Shown here: in pieces, positions 10,501-21,415 of the stretch | Position numbering within the stretch: position 1 is the first letter of the stretch | Layout: the number at the start of each line of letters is the position of its first letter | Assembly (NCBI GenBank): GCA_963663805.2 | Contig: CAXXMR010000008.1 | Location: 64,001 to 128,000, forward strand | DNA length: 64,000 bases | Reading direction: 5' to 3' | Origin: Sedimentisphaerales bacterium | Lineage (GTDB): Bacteria > Planctomycetota > Phycisphaerae > Sedimentisphaerales > SM23-30 | Program-made: the position numbers and the translations under genes | The notes under the pieces: model-generated | Told to the model about the DNA's origin: nothing | The model's input: the letters and a program-made list of their open reading frames with translations, nothing else | Databases searched by the model: none

Positions 10501-11382
10501 TTATAGCGGCAGTATCTCAATTAACCGATGTTTGCCGCCAAAGCCCGCGGCGGTTACATATTGGCAGGCCTGCTCGCTCAGTCTGTCGGTGTGCGCAAAA
10601 TGCAGATGTCCGCAAAATGTCGCTGCTAGATTATCCGATTTTTTCAACAGTTCGATAAACTCAAAAGTTTCCGCCCGGTCCTGGCCCAGCCGCCAGGTCT
10701 GCCGCAGCTCATCGGGGAAATCTTTCGTCCCCATCAAAATCGGCTGTTTCCAGCGTTCGATAGTTTGCGGCACGAGAGTATCAATTTCTATCGGCACATG
10801 ATAAAACATTATCGTCGGGGCACCACCAGCCAGACAGCCCCTCGCAAATTTCAACTGCTCAGCATTGATTTGATAAAGCGAATTGTCAATTACCAATATC
10901 TGCAAATCACCCAGCATTAGACGCTGATAAGATGCCTGCTCGGGCAGAAAATCTTGCAGCAAATGATAATTTTCTTCCCGCATACTTTCTGACCATGCGC
11001 CACCCGGATAATTCCAGTCATGATTGCCGCAGGTATAAATCGACTCAACCGAAAGTTTATGAAATTCCTCCCGAAAAAACTCAACCGAAGCCGCCGACGG
11101 AAAATGAATTATATCGCCCGTAAGCATCACCAAATCAGGCTTCAATTTCTCCGCCCGCCCCATAACGCCAGCGAATGCCTTATCCGACCGACCAAACCAG
11201 CCCGCCTGCTTCAAATCAACATCATTGACCAGCCCTTCATCACGCTCATCCAGCCGGGCAATATGCGAATCGGTCACCTGGAATATCCGCAAAGGCCGTT
11301 TCAATCCCTCGATACCTATCGTCGCACTGTCATCTGTCCAATTGTGAGCGGTTCGCATAACCTTGGCCTTTTTCATAAACAA
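10501..11382 (-). CDS. Calcineurin-like metallophosphoesterase
   Basis: DSH, GD, GNHD, GHLH motifs. Confidence 0.9.
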   Translation of the reverse strand: MFMKKAKVMRTAHNWTDDSATIGIEGLKRPLRIFQVTDSHIARLDERDEGLVNDVDLKQAGWFGRSDKAFAGVMGRAEKLKPDLVMLTGDIIHFPSAASVEFFREEFHKLSVESIYTCGNHDWNYPGGAWSESMREENYHLLQDFLPEQASYQRLMLGDLQILVIDNSLYQINAEQLKFARGCLAGGAPTIMFYHVPIEIDTLVPQTIERWKQPILMGTKDFPDELRQTWRLGQDRAETFEFIELLKKSDNLAATFCGHLHFAHTDRLSEQACQYVTAAGFGGKHRLIEILPL

Positions 11383-11403
11383 AACAAGTCAGGCAGACTC
11401 ACT

Positions 11404-12021
11404 TTATTTTTCCGCCCGCCCCAGACTCGCCGATACCATCTTCTGGGCCTCAAAACTGTTGCCCGTAAGAGCTTCCTCAAACCGCGCTTTAATGGTCAGA
11501 TTAACATGCCTGGGCTTTTGTTCGTCCTGCCATTGCAGTTCAAAACGATAATGGTCTGCCAGAGGACCACCCAGCCAATAGCCCGGTAGTTCAGCGCCGG
11601 CGATATGCCAATTCCCCAACTGCTGCGAACCGGATTTTTCCGCCAAATCCCACAACTCAATAGTAACCGCCCCGGCCGCCTTCATTACGTCCCCCTGCCC
11701 GTCCCGTAAATTTATATAAACCACCAGCCCGTCGTCAATGCCGTCTGCGTCCCCATCATAACAACGGGTATAACGCCCCAATTGCATTTCAGTAACGCGG
11801 ACAAGTGTCACTAATTTATTGTTATCAAACCCCCTCAGCACCGCCAGCTGTTTTTCCAGTTCCGAGATATGTCGCTCCTGCTCGGCAAGTTTGCTTTGCA
11901 GATGTGCGTTATCCGCCGCTAAATCAACCTCGGAACCATCCGCCCCATTCTCAGGATTCCCCTGACAGCCGCCCCCTGTCAACAATCCGCCCAGCAGCAG
12001 CAAAATTACCATCCTGGCCAT
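11404..12021 (-). CDS. Predicted lipoprotein with coiled coil
   Basis: GGAGG RBS; signal peptide ending GGGC. Confidence 0.7.
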   Translation of the reverse strand: MARMVILLLLGGLLTGGGCQGNPENGADGSEVDLAADNAHLQSKLAEQERHISELEKQLAVLRGFDNNKLVTLVRVTEMQLGRYTRCYDGDADGIDDGLVVYINLRDGQGDVMKAAGAVTIELWDLAEKSGSQQLGNWHIAGAELPGYWLGGPLADHYRFELQWQDEQKPRHVNLTIKARFEEALTGNSFEAQKMVSASLGRAEK

Positions 12022-12089
12022 ATCAATACCTCCGCTGCGAAACCCCGACCTGAACACAGGCCGGGGTTCTAACGATCCGTCGTTCCCGC

Positions 12090-12701
12090 TCAATCCTCAG
12101 ATTTATATTCGGGCATACGCTCCAGAATCTTATCCGCCACCCCGTACTCAACCGACTCCTGAGCCGTCAGCCAGTTATTACGGTCAAAATCACGCTCGAT
12201 GGTGTCGATGTCTTTACCTGTATGATGCACATAAATATCGTAAAGACGACGACGCACCCGCAGCATTTCCTCAGCTTCAATCTGCAAGTCGGTTGCCGGA
12301 CCGGTAATCCGACCGCGAATCAAAGGCTGATGCAGCATGACGCTGGAGTTGGGCAGCATAAAACGTTTGCCCGCCGCACCCCCGCAAAGCAGCAGCGAAC
12401 CCATGCTCGCCGCCAACCCAATGCAGTATGTACTCACATCGCAGCGCAGAAAACGCATCGTGTCATAAACCGCCAGACCCGCCGTAACCGACCCGCCCGG
12501 TGAATTGATATAAAAATGAATATCGCTCTTGCTGTCTTCGTTACTCAAAAACAGCATCTGGGCCACAATCAAATTCGCGGTATCGTCATCAACCACACCA
12601 CCCAAAAAAATCACTCTGTCTTTCAACAGTCGCGAATAAATATCATAAGCACGCTCACCGCGACCGGTCGTCTCGATAACCATAGGTACCAGGTTGGACA
12701 T
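12090..12701 (-). CDS. clpP: ClpP protease subunit (Asn at the catalytic Asp position)
   Basis: [34 protein letters not shown]. Confidence 0.95.
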   Translation of the reverse strand: MSNLVPMVIETTGRGERAYDIYSRLLKDRVIFLGGVVDDDTANLIVAQMLFLSNEDSKSDIHFYINSPGGSVTAGLAVYDTMRFLRCDVSTYCIGLAASMGSLLLCGGAAGKRFMLPNSSVMLHQPLIRGRITGPATDLQIEAEEMLRVRRRLYDIYVHHTGKDIDTIERDFDRNNWLTAQESVEYGVADKILERMPEYKSED

Positions 12702-12772
12702 CTCAAACCTCATTTCTTAAAAAAGCGTAGAGCTTTAGCGAACAATAGTGCCGTTGCCTCTTGCCTTAAATA

Positions 12773-13411
12773 TTATTTTTTCTTGTCGGCATCATCCAGA
12801 TGCAGAACTTCATCGATCAGGCCGTACTCTTTTGCCTCGTCGGTACTCATGTATCGGTCACGTTCGGTTTCCGCCTGAATCTTCTCGATTGGCTGACCCG
12901 TGTGGTGAGCCAGCACATCATTTATCATCGCCTTGGTCTTGATGATTTCTTTGGCCTGAAGCTCAATGTCAGAGGCCTGACCGCTAACCCCGCCCCAGGG
13001 CTGATGCAGCATAACTTTGCCGTGCGGCAGGGCGAAACGCTTGCCCTTGGTGCCGGCCGCCAGAATCACCGCCGCCCCGCTGGCGGCATGACCAACACAA
13101 TAAGTACAGACATCCGAACGTATAAATTGCATTGTGTCATAAATCGCCATGGTGTCATCGACACTGCCGCCCGGACTGTTAATGTAAAGATGAATATCAT
13201 TCACCTTCAGATTGTCCAGATAAAGCAGCGACTTAATCAACACCGAACATATTGTGCCGTGACTGGTGATATAAGAAGGGTCCAGCGGCATATCCAGGAA
13301 AACGCAGCGGTTTTCCAACAGCATCTCGTTGAGACCCATCTCACGTGTACGTTGATAACCACCACCGCTCATCTGAGCCGGATTATAAATCATTTCGGGA
13401 CGATTTATCAT
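12773..13411 (-). CDS. clpP: ClpP protease subunit
   Basis: [32 protein letters not shown] supports a start at 13411. Confidence 0.95.
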   Translation of the reverse strand: MINRPEMIYNPAQMSGGGYQRTREMGLNEMLLENRCVFLDMPLDPSYITSHGTICSVLIKSLLYLDNLKVNDIHLYINSPGGSVDDTMAIYDTMQFIRSDVCTYCVGHAASGAAVILAAGTKGKRFALPHGKVMLHQPWGGVSGQASDIELQAKEIIKTKAMINDVLAHHTGQPIEKIQAETERDRYMSTDEAKEYGLIDEVLHLDDADKKK

Positions 13412-13551
13412 TGATTTAGTCCTTACAGCTTTATGTTTATTTTTCCGATACCATCCGTTTCCGCGTCGGGCAGGACCAGAGGTCGGGTTGTAGGCCCAAC
13501 CCCCAAAATCCTGGTCCATGTACATTCTATCGGCCTGTTAAGCCCCTGTCC

Positions 13552-14994
13552 TTACTCATTTTCGGACTTTTTCGGCGGCTTGCGCTTGGTAGTCTTTTTC
13601 GACGTCTTTTTCTTGGTGTCTTCCGGGTTATCGGTACTTGCCGCATCGGCAGTAGCCTCCGCCGGGGCATCTACCACCTTGGCCATCTCCAGAATCTTAT
13701 CGATAGCCTTTTCGTCACGAATCTGACGGGCCAGTTCGTTTATCCGACCGCTCTGGGCCATCTCATCACGAACACGCTCCGGACGACGCGCCTGCTGGGA
13801 CGCGATTTGGGCGATAAAAGCGTTGACTTCACTCTCGGAAATATCAATTTCCAGTTTCTCGCATACCGCGTCCATGATAAAGCTCGATTTCAGTTGAGCA
13901 GCCGATTGCTCACTGCTGGAAGTACGGAAATGTTCCATATTCTCTTCCAGTTTCTCCACCGGCACGCCCATCTGCACCAGTTGATAATACTGCTGCATCA
14001 GGAACCGCTGGGCATGACGAGCCGCCACGCCCGCTGGAAGTTCAAAGTCAACCTTGGAGTTCAAATAATCGCGAATCTGTTGGGCCATCGACTGACGGGC
14101 TTCTTTGTCAGAGCGGTCTTCCAGCATTTCTTCGATACGCTCACGCAGCTCCGCCTCGTCCGAAACGCCCAGCCGACCGAACAAATCGTCATTCAGCTCT
14201 GCCGGTTTCAAACGACGGACAGCCTTGACTTCCATTGTCAACTCGGCTTGCTTGCCTCGGTAATCCTCAGTGGAATGGGTGTCAGGGGCTGTCGATTTAG
14301 CCTTGACCACATCGCCAACCTTAACGCCCACCAGACCTTTTTCCAGTTCGGACCACTCGATGCCCATCAGGGCATTGGCACCAGCCCGCATGGGAACATC
14401 GTCACGAACTTCCTCTTCCTCAACGCCCTCAACCTTCAGGGTCGCTTTGCAACGCACCATGTCGTTTTCTTTGCTCTTGTCAACATCCTCGTGCTTGCCA
14501 GCGTTGCGGCAAATCTGCTCGATTTCGTCAGTTACCCGCTTTTCGTCAATATCGACAACCTGCTTGGCAACCTCGATACCTTCCAGTTCCGGCAGTTCAA
14601 ATTCCGGTTTGACTTCAATTTCATACTCAAATTTGAAATCGCCCTCTGCCGGCAGTTCAATGTCTTCCGGTTTCAAGTCCGGCTCGCCCAGTATTTCAAA
14701 ATCCTGCTCTTCTTCGATTTGCTCAAAAGCCTGAGCCAAAAGACGCAGCTTCGCCTGGTCAGAGACATCTTCACCAAAACGCTTTTCCATCAGTCGACGC
14801 GGGGCCCGGCCCTTACGGAAACCCGGTAATACCGCTGAATTCCGCAGTTCCTGGTACTGCTCGTCAAGCTGTTTATCAATTTCCGCACGCGGTATCTCAA
14901 TCGAGATTTTCTTCTTCCATGACCCGCTGTCGGTAATTTCAACTTTGCATTCCAGTTTCTTCTCGTCCTGATTTACTGCTTCATCTTTTGACAT
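13552..14994 (-). CDS. tig: Trigger factor
   Basis: GFRKGRAP ribosome-binding motif; lies upstream of clpP. Confidence 0.96.
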   Translation of the reverse strand: MSKDEAVNQDEKKLECKVEITDSGSWKKKISIEIPRAEIDKQLDEQYQELRNSAVLPGFRKGRAPRRLMEKRFGEDVSDQAKLRLLAQAFEQIEEEQDFEILGEPDLKPEDIELPAEGDFKFEYEIEVKPEFELPELEGIEVAKQVVDIDEKRVTDEIEQICRNAGKHEDVDKSKENDMVRCKATLKVEGVEEEEVRDDVPMRAGANALMGIEWSELEKGLVGVKVGDVVKAKSTAPDTHSTEDYRGKQAELTMEVKAVRRLKPAELNDDLFGRLGVSDEAELRERIEEMLEDRSDKEARQSMAQQIRDYLNSKVDFELPAGVAARHAQRFLMQQYYQLVQMGVPVEKLEENMEHFRTSSSEQSAAQLKSSFIMDAVCEKLEIDISESEVNAFIAQIASQQARRPERVRDEMAQSGRINELARQIRDEKAIDKILEMAKVVDAPAEATADAASTDNPEDTKKKTSKKTTKRKPPKKSENE

Positions 14995-15179
14995 CTGTAG
15001 CTCCAGTTAAAAATTAGTTTAGATTTACCGTTCAATACTGTTTCCTGAACCTAAAACCATAAAAAAAAGGCTGTTCCGATTTTCGCATCGAAACAACCTT
15101 AAAAAAACTTGGCCGTTATGACGCGACTCCGACCAACGCCAGGACCTGACGGACCCGATACCTCTCGTCGCTATTCTAA

Positions 15180-15251
15180 AGCGGGTGATGAGACTTGAAC
15201 TCACGACATTCACGTTGGCAACGTGACGCTCTACCACTGAGCTACACCCGC
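15180..15251 (-). tRNA. tRNA-Gly (GCC), CCA not encoded
   Basis: GCGGGTG acceptor stem, AGCTCAGTGGTAGAGC D-arm, CACGTTGCCAACGTG anticodon arm, GTTCAAGTC T-loop. Confidence 0.96.
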
Positions 15252-15444
15252 GCTTCCAGAACCATAAAATAGCGATTTTCCCGAAACTTGCAACCCATTT
15301 TCTAAGAAAAATCTAAAAAAAGTGGCAGACATCATTTCCTCCCCACTTAACCAAACAAAAAACCAGCCGAGTAAACGCCCGAATGTCCAAACAAGAACCG
15401 AGCCGTGTAAGCGACCGGATGGGAATACCAACCACCAAACCCTA

Positions 15445-15615
15445 TTTTGCGAAAACTATACTATATGGTACTTTTTTAAGAAAAATTACCACCAAAAGGT
15501 GATATAGTATAGTTCAATGCCGCCAAAAATCGAAAAAAACGCCAAAAAAACGTTAAAAACATGTTTTTTGCTACCAAAAATCCCCAAAAAACATCAAAAA
15601 ACGGTGCGTTCAGTC
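15445..15615 (+). repeat. AT-rich dispersed repeat, copy 1
   Basis: Matches the reverse complement of ~60003-60172; internal 13-bp IR at 15454-15466/15502-15514. Confidence 0.85.
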
Positions 15616-15638
15616 ACTGTTTTGTAAATAAATCTGAG

Positions 15639-16607
15639 TTATTGGGAAGGCTTCAGGGTTTTTACCACCTCATCCACCCCCGGCCATCCGCCATCCTGCC
15701 CCACGCAAACCGCCAAAGTATTCCCCAGAGGACGCCAGTGCTGCCAGTTGGATTTGCCAAAAATCACCACTCCCAGCACTTCGCAAATACCCGCTAAATG
15801 ACTTAAACCACTGTCGTTACCTGCATAACCCGCACAATTCCGCAATATTTCCGCCAGTTCGCCCACCGCCAGACCTCTGAGCACCTTACCTGCCGCCGTC
15901 AGTGTTTCTATTTCGCCGTTGACCCATTTTTCTTCCTCTACCGGCCCCAATACAAAAACCGGCACAAATCCTTCTGCCTCCAATCTGCCCGCCATCTCCA
16001 AAAAATTCGCCAAAGGCCAGCATTTATTTGCCCCGCCGCTGCCCGGTGCCAATATTACCGCCCGGCCTTCAATGCCATATTTTCCCAATACCCCTTCGTC
16101 AGAATCACTATTCCAAAACGGTCCGGCCAATAATCCGCCCTGAATTTTCATTCGCGGCCAGAAAAACTGCTCCGCCAGTTGGCTCAGAAAATATTCGCTC
16201 ACATGCCCGCCAAAATTCGTGTCAGGCCTAAGTTGCAGACTGTAAACATCCGTCGCTGAGGTCATATTGGCCACATAAAACAGATTCCGCTCGAAATGCC
16301 CCGCCTCGTCGCTCAGAAAAGTCACAATTTTTTCATAGGGTTTCAACAAATCCACCAGCCGGTCACCCTCCGGCACATCAAAACTGTCGTGGTCCTCAAA
16401 AAGTCTTTGCAGCCCCGTCCCTTCCAGCGACATCACCCGGCTAAACACACTGCGACCAGCCAGAAAACCCAGATTATCAGCCCGGCCCATAATTTCCACC
16501 GCGTCCACCCCGCCTTGTTCCAGCAGCAGCCGGCCCAGAGGTAAAGTCACAATGCCGTCACCCAACGCCCCCGGCTGAATTATCAAGGCCCGACGATGGC
16601 AAAACAT
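15639..16607 (-). CDS. Glycosyltransferase family 9 (heptosyltransferase-like)
   Basis: GALGD, PGSG..K.WP, GNDSG.SHLA. Confidence 0.9.
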   Translation of the reverse strand: MFCHRRALIIQPGALGDGIVTLPLGRLLLEQGGVDAVEIMGRADNLGFLAGRSVFSRVMSLEGTGLQRLFEDHDSFDVPEGDRLVDLLKPYEKIVTFLSDEAGHFERNLFYVANMTSATDVYSLQLRPDTNFGGHVSEYFLSQLAEQFFWPRMKIQGGLLAGPFWNSDSDEGVLGKYGIEGRAVILAPGSGGANKCWPLANFLEMAGRLEAEGFVPVFVLGPVEEEKWVNGEIETLTAAGKVLRGLAVGELAEILRNCAGYAGNDSGLSHLAGICEVLGVVIFGKSNWQHWRPLGNTLAVCVGQDGGWPGVDEVVKTLKPSQ

Positions 16608-16608
16608 A

Positions 16609-17772
16609 TCATTCTCCCGAAAAGGTGTCGGACACTTTTTTTTTCAGCTCATCAGCGTTCAATTCCTCGCGCACCCGCACAAACAATCCGCCTTCCTCTT
16701 GCCGACGATAAAGGTATCGCACTATCCACCCCAGCAATTCACGTTCATCAGACCCCAGCCGCCCATGCGGTTCCCGTTGCATACGCATCAAATTTACATG
16801 GTTTAACAATCCCGCCGCCGCGTCGACGGCCTCGGTCAATCTGAAATCAGCCACCTGAACAATCCCGCCCGGTGTAATCACAAAAGGTCGCACCAGCTGT
16901 TCCAGTTTTCGCTGCCCCTTAAACTTCACACGCGGTCCTGCCTGAAAACCCAGCACATAAAAATCGTCCAGTCCCGCCAGCCATCTGTACGCCGGCCCTG
17001 ACATTTTCTCCAGCGACTTAATTTTATCCTTCAATTTCTGGGCCTGTTCAAACTCCAGATTTTTTGAACATTCCCGCATTCGCTCCGTAAGGTTTGCTGT
17101 GATTTTCTCTGCCGCTCCATCCAATACTCTGGTTGCTTCATTTACCAGAATCTGATAATCATCTGCGTTCATTGTTCCGTCACAGACGATCGCACAACGG
17201 TTCATCTGGGCATAGGTGCAACGTTCCCCGTTTGGTGCCGTCGCTAATATATCATTACAGCGACACAAGCCATAAACATCTTCCAGCGTTTCCAGTATCC
17301 GGTTTGCCGCGGTCTTTTCCGCCAGCGGTCCCCAGTATCTGCCCTCCTTACCCAGCTCATTAACCCGTCGCAAAGCTGGATAATCTGTCCCCTCATCCAG
17401 ATGCACAAACCAAACCTCGAAATTTGGCAGAAGTTCCTTATAGTTGTCCGGGAAGACGGCTTTGGCGATTTGAAAATACGCCAGTTCAGTTTCAAACCGG
17501 CTGTAGGTCTCTCGAAAGAATATCTGTTTGGTCACAGGCCGCAAACGGGCCCGTTTGCTTAGCTGGTCGTCTTGCGGCTCCAAAAGCCGCCGTCGGGCCA
17601 CGTCACGCAAATGCCCCGCCTGAATCAACAGCACCGGCCGATTATCCCGGTCAGCAAAAAGGCAAACCCCCGCACCCGCCGGCAAACCCAGCGTTGCCTG
17701 CCCCGGCTCATCACCGTCATACAAGCCGACCCCCGCCTCAAACAAATCATCCGCCCAGGCAACCTGGCTCAT
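16609..17772 (-). CDS. UvrC N-terminal-like protein (degenerate GIY-YIG + Cys cluster + UVR domain)
   Basis: LP..AGV.LF, YWGP, Cys cluster, M...S..LEFEQA..L.D. Confidence 0.75.
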   Translation of the reverse strand: MSQVAWADDLFEAGVGLYDGDEPGQATLGLPAGAGVCLFADRDNRPVLLIQAGHLRDVARRRLLEPQDDQLSKRARLRPVTKQIFFRETYSRFETELAYFQIAKAVFPDNYKELLPNFEVWFVHLDEGTDYPALRRVNELGKEGRYWGPLAEKTAANRILETLEDVYGLCRCNDILATAPNGERCTYAQMNRCAIVCDGTMNADDYQILVNEATRVLDGAAEKITANLTERMRECSKNLEFEQAQKLKDKIKSLEKMSGPAYRWLAGLDDFYVLGFQAGPRVKFKGQRKLEQLVRPFVITPGGIVQVADFRLTEAVDAAAGLLNHVNLMRMQREPHGRLGSDERELLGWIVRYLYRRQEEGGLFVRVREELNADELKKKVSDTFSGE

Positions 17773-17802
17773 CTACCTTACCTCCCTCCTTCATCTGCCT
17801 CC

Positions 17803-18276
17803 TCATACTACCATGCCGATTATGCGGGCCTGAAACGCCATCTTGCCGTTTACTATCCCCTGAGTATCGCAAACAAACCGACGTGCGCGGTTCTCAATAA
17901 ATTTTGCCGCTAGATAGAGTTTATCGCCCGGCACCACGGTCTGGCGAAACTTTACATCCTCAATCCCGCCAAATCCGATAAACCGGTCTTCTGCCTGGAC
18001 CTTTTTCGCCGCAAAACTGCATAACTGGGCCGCTGCCTCTACCATCACCACACCCGGCATCAAAGGCCGACCTGGTATATGACCCCGCACCCAGAACTCG
18101 TCTTGACGTATATTCTTATAGCCGACGAATACTCCCTCGTCCGGCTCATAATAAACTATCCCGTCCAGTTGACGCATCTCATAACGATGAGGATTAACAG
18201 CTTCAACTGCTTCGGCATCGAACAAATCTTTTTCCAAATCAATCTTATCCAAATCTACCAGTAACTGGGGCGGCAT
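17803..18276 (-). CDS. fabZ: 3-hydroxyacyl-ACP dehydratase (FabA/FabZ family)
   Basis: PHRY, GHIPG.P.MPGV..VEA.AQ, KFRQ.V.PGD. Confidence 0.85.
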   Translation of the reverse strand: MPPQLLVDLDKIDLEKDLFDAEAVEAVNPHRYEMRQLDGIVYYEPDEGVFVGYKNIRQDEFWVRGHIPGRPLMPGVVMVEAAAQLCSFAAKKVQAEDRFIGFGGIEDVKFRQTVVPGDKLYLAAKFIENRARRFVCDTQGIVNGKMAFQARIIGMVV

Positions 18277-18415
18277 CAACAAACCTTTCTACATAAATAT
18301 ACCGCCGGCGTTTTTGCGATACCCGCAAACCCGCCAGGCGGTAAAGCTCTAATATATCATTACCGACCCAGAATAAACACTAACAGGACCGGGGCGGCAC
18401 TGATGTATTGTCAAA

Positions 18416-18586
18416 TTATTCGCTGCGATTTTCCAGTATCTTCACCCGAACCAGCTGGGCCATCTGTTTGATTTCCTGCATTGATTTGCGGACGCGGGTA
18501 CCGGCAGCCTTATTGCCGCCCTGGGCCTTGATAATATCATCTTCCACAGCGGCTACCATTTCTTTGAGACTTTCATATTCCTGCAT
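18416..18586 (-). CDS. Short Hc1-like (histone H1-like) nucleoid protein
   Basis: D..KA..GNKAAGTRVRK motif; AAGGA RBS. Confidence 0.8.
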   Translation of the reverse strand: MQEYESLKEMVAAVEDDIIKAQGGNKAAGTRVRKSMQEIKQMAQLVRVKILENRSE

Positions 18587-18952
18587 GTATAATTCCTTTC
18601 CTATTACTCTTTCGCGACTGCCATTTACGTTCTCTTTTCGAACGTCCATTCAAACTTTTCCAGCAGTCTAGTCCCATCCCGTCTCCTTGTCAAAGCATTT
18701 TAACCCCCAAACCGCATTTTTAGCCCAAAAACAGCGATTTTATAACAAGGAGCTATTATTTAAAGCATAAGTTCTTTGTCATAAAATGTTTATGCTTAAT
18801 TAATTTGCCTGCGTCCCTTCATAAACAATCTTTTATCTTTGAATACCACTAACAAATAAGTTATAATACAGCATAGACTTGTTTGTCGAATTTCCCGTCT
18901 GGGAACGTAAGTAGCTTTTTTTGGCAGAATTTAATACAAAAAGGAGAAAACC

Positions 18953-20783
18953 ATGTCGTATCGCAGATTATTTGCCACCTGGGCCGTCCTGATTTTTATT
19001 GCCACCCTGCCCCTTAATGCCGTTCTGCTCACTGACGCTCAACTTTATTTCGATCCGGCAACTTGTACCGAGGATTATTATCCCTGCGTATATCTGGACG
19101 ATCTTGCCGTCGCCCAACACCTACCTTTGGCCTGCCAGCCTTAATTCTGTTATTGATGCCGACATTCTGCCTCTGTTAAATGAGGGCACCTATCCTCTCG
19201 GTTATCCCTATACTCAAGCTGACTATCTTCATCAGCCCAACGTCGATTACACTGCCGACCTTAGTCCCGCCGGTGACCTGCTTTGCACCTTTAACATGCC
19301 CGGTCTCTATCATATTCGGGTAACTCGCGGCAGTGGTGTGATAACCACATACGCCGTTTTTGCCGAAGCAGGACTCCTCGAAAAAGAGAAGTCTACCAAG
19401 ACCGGCAAGACCAAAAAAATCCCCTGTCCCGACGGAGACATTTTTCTGGCTGAAAATTCCGATGACACCGTAGATAACGCCGCCAAGATTCTCGAAAATG
19501 GTGGTAAAGAAGTTAAGCGTGTCGATGACCGCAAAGAAGTTGTCGAAGCCATCAAGAAAAAATCCCAGGCCCTGGGTCGCAAGATTCACGCGGAAATAGT
19601 CGGCCATGGCGTTAGCGGTAATGTTAGTACCGGCGCCGGTAAAAAAAATATTCCCGACAAACAAATCGACCTGAACTCTGTCGAAAAATTCCAGAAGGAG
19701 ATTGATGACTACGTTGACCATATCACCTTCCAGGCCTGCGAAGTTGGCAAGGGTGCCGACGGTCAGAAATTTTTGAAGATTCTTTCTGATTCCATCGGTA
19801 AAGCCGGTGCTTACGACCACCCCCTCATCGTTGTCAACCAAAGTCATTTCGCTGTTCCCGTTGGCACGACCTGGGTTGAAAAGAGCACGCTCGGCAAAGA
19901 AGCCGCCCACAACATGGACCCCACCCATGCCAACATTGCAATGGAAACCCCCATCACCTGGGAAGGCGGCTCTTCGGTCGATGAATATCAGGTTTATATG
20001 AGTACCGACGAAAATGCCGTTGAAACGCGTGCCCCATCCGCCTTGGTTTATACCGGAATGATGACTTACTATGAGCCCATATCTCCGGTTTTGGGCGAAA
20101 CCTACTTCTATACTGTCGATACTACCATTGGGGTTGATATTTTTCCTGGCGACCTGTGGTCTTATACTGTTCAGGAAGATATCACCCTGGATGATTTTGA
20201 AGGCTACGAGACTTCCGACCAACTTGAACCGATGTTCTTTACCAGTCCCAATAGTCAACTATCGGTATCTATGGACCCCGCCGTTGCCGAACAGCGCTGC
20301 CTTCGTGCCGATTGTTATAATGATATGGCTGAACCAGTAACCCATATCAGCTATCAGGTTTCTGGAGATTTGACCTATGGCGATACCGATACGTTGTCAA
20401 TGCGTCTCAGCAGCGAGAACCTCGACGAACAAGCCCTCGTTATTCTGCAAATCAGTGATACGCATGGTTCTTCGGCTGCTCTGCCGATAAATGCTTTTGA
20501 TATACTCAACCATCCTGTTGATGAAGGTTTGGTTTTGGAAGTGCCTTTCGTTGATATGCCTGCCGTTGATTTCGCTAATGTTCTGGAAATAGCTCTTATT
20601 GTCGAGAACAATATGTCACCCTGTCTTGCTACCGGTTGTGAGCAAACCTTGTTCATTGACGATATTAAAACTATCGTAGCTTCAGACCTGCCGCCTTGCG
20701 TCGCCGACCTCGACGGCAATCATACCGTAGACATTCTTGACTTTGCCATAATGGCTTCGGAATGGCTTAACCCCTGTCCCTAA
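18953..20783 (+). CDS. Secreted multidomain protein with caspase/C80-like (DUF4347-like) domain and dockerin-like C-terminus; +1 frameshift near 19103
   Basis: AGGAG RBS and signal peptide in ORF 18953; joins ORF 18999 by removing one base; IVGHG...FQAC; ADLDGNHTVDILDF. Confidence 0.7.
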
Positions 20784-20816
20784 ACCCTGATTATTGTGTG
20801 TTGGGTGGGAGTTGTT

Positions 20817-21398
20817 ATGCGGAGAGCAATCGCTTTTACGTTAGTTGAGCTATTGGTTGTTATTGCCATCATAGTTTTTTTGGTGAGTCTTCTACTACCG
20901 GCGATTTCACGAGCCAGAGAGCAGGCGAAATCAGCGGTGTGCAAAGCCAATTTACATCAGTTGGGAATCGCCTTTTCATTGTATAAGGCTGATTATCAGC
21001 GGGAGATGCCGGTAACTCCCGATGGAGTTTATTGGCCTGTATTTCTGTACACCAGAGGATATTTGGGTGATGGTTCTGCGGAGTCATTCGGGAAATTTCA
21101 AGGCACTTCGGTGCTGGATTGTCCTACAGAAAAGAATGAACCTGGAGGCCAATTTATCCTTGATTACAGATTGAACCATGGCTTTTCCAGTAAGCCGCCT
21201 CCGGAAAGAGTTTCTGGTTTGTCAACTCGTGTTTCCTGTGCCGATGGTCCCGGAGAGGGTATTCATCCTGCTGTTGTTGGTTGGTTTTCGATAGACTACA
21301 GGCATGACGATAAAGCAAATATACTTTTTATGGATCGCCATATTGAAGAACGGTATTATGTTAATGAATCAGAAATACAAATTTATTACAGTAAGTAA
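20817..21398 (+). CDS. Prepilin-type N-terminal cleavage/methylation protein with H-X9-DG-like C-terminal motif
   Basis: [31 protein letters not shown]...ANILFMDRH. Confidence 0.9.
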   Translation: MRRAIAFTLVELLVVIAIIVFLVSLLLPAISRAREQAKSAVCKANLHQLGIAFSLYKADYQREMPVTPDGVYWPVFLYTRGYLGDGSAESFGKFQGTSVLDCPTEKNEPGGQFILDYRLNHGFSSKPPPERVSGLSTRVSCADGPGEGIHPAVVGWFSIDYRHDDKANILFMDRHIEERYYVNESEIQIYYSK

Positions 21399-21415
21399 AA
21401 AGTTCTCTTGAGATT

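Noticed and set aside
15120..15175. SRP RNA suggested by GTCAGGTCC
   Set aside because: Lacks the following GNAA loop and AGCAG motif
15180..15251. tRNA-Gly as the att site of an integrated island
   Set aside because: No integrase or duplicated tRNA 3' end seen; tig follows directly
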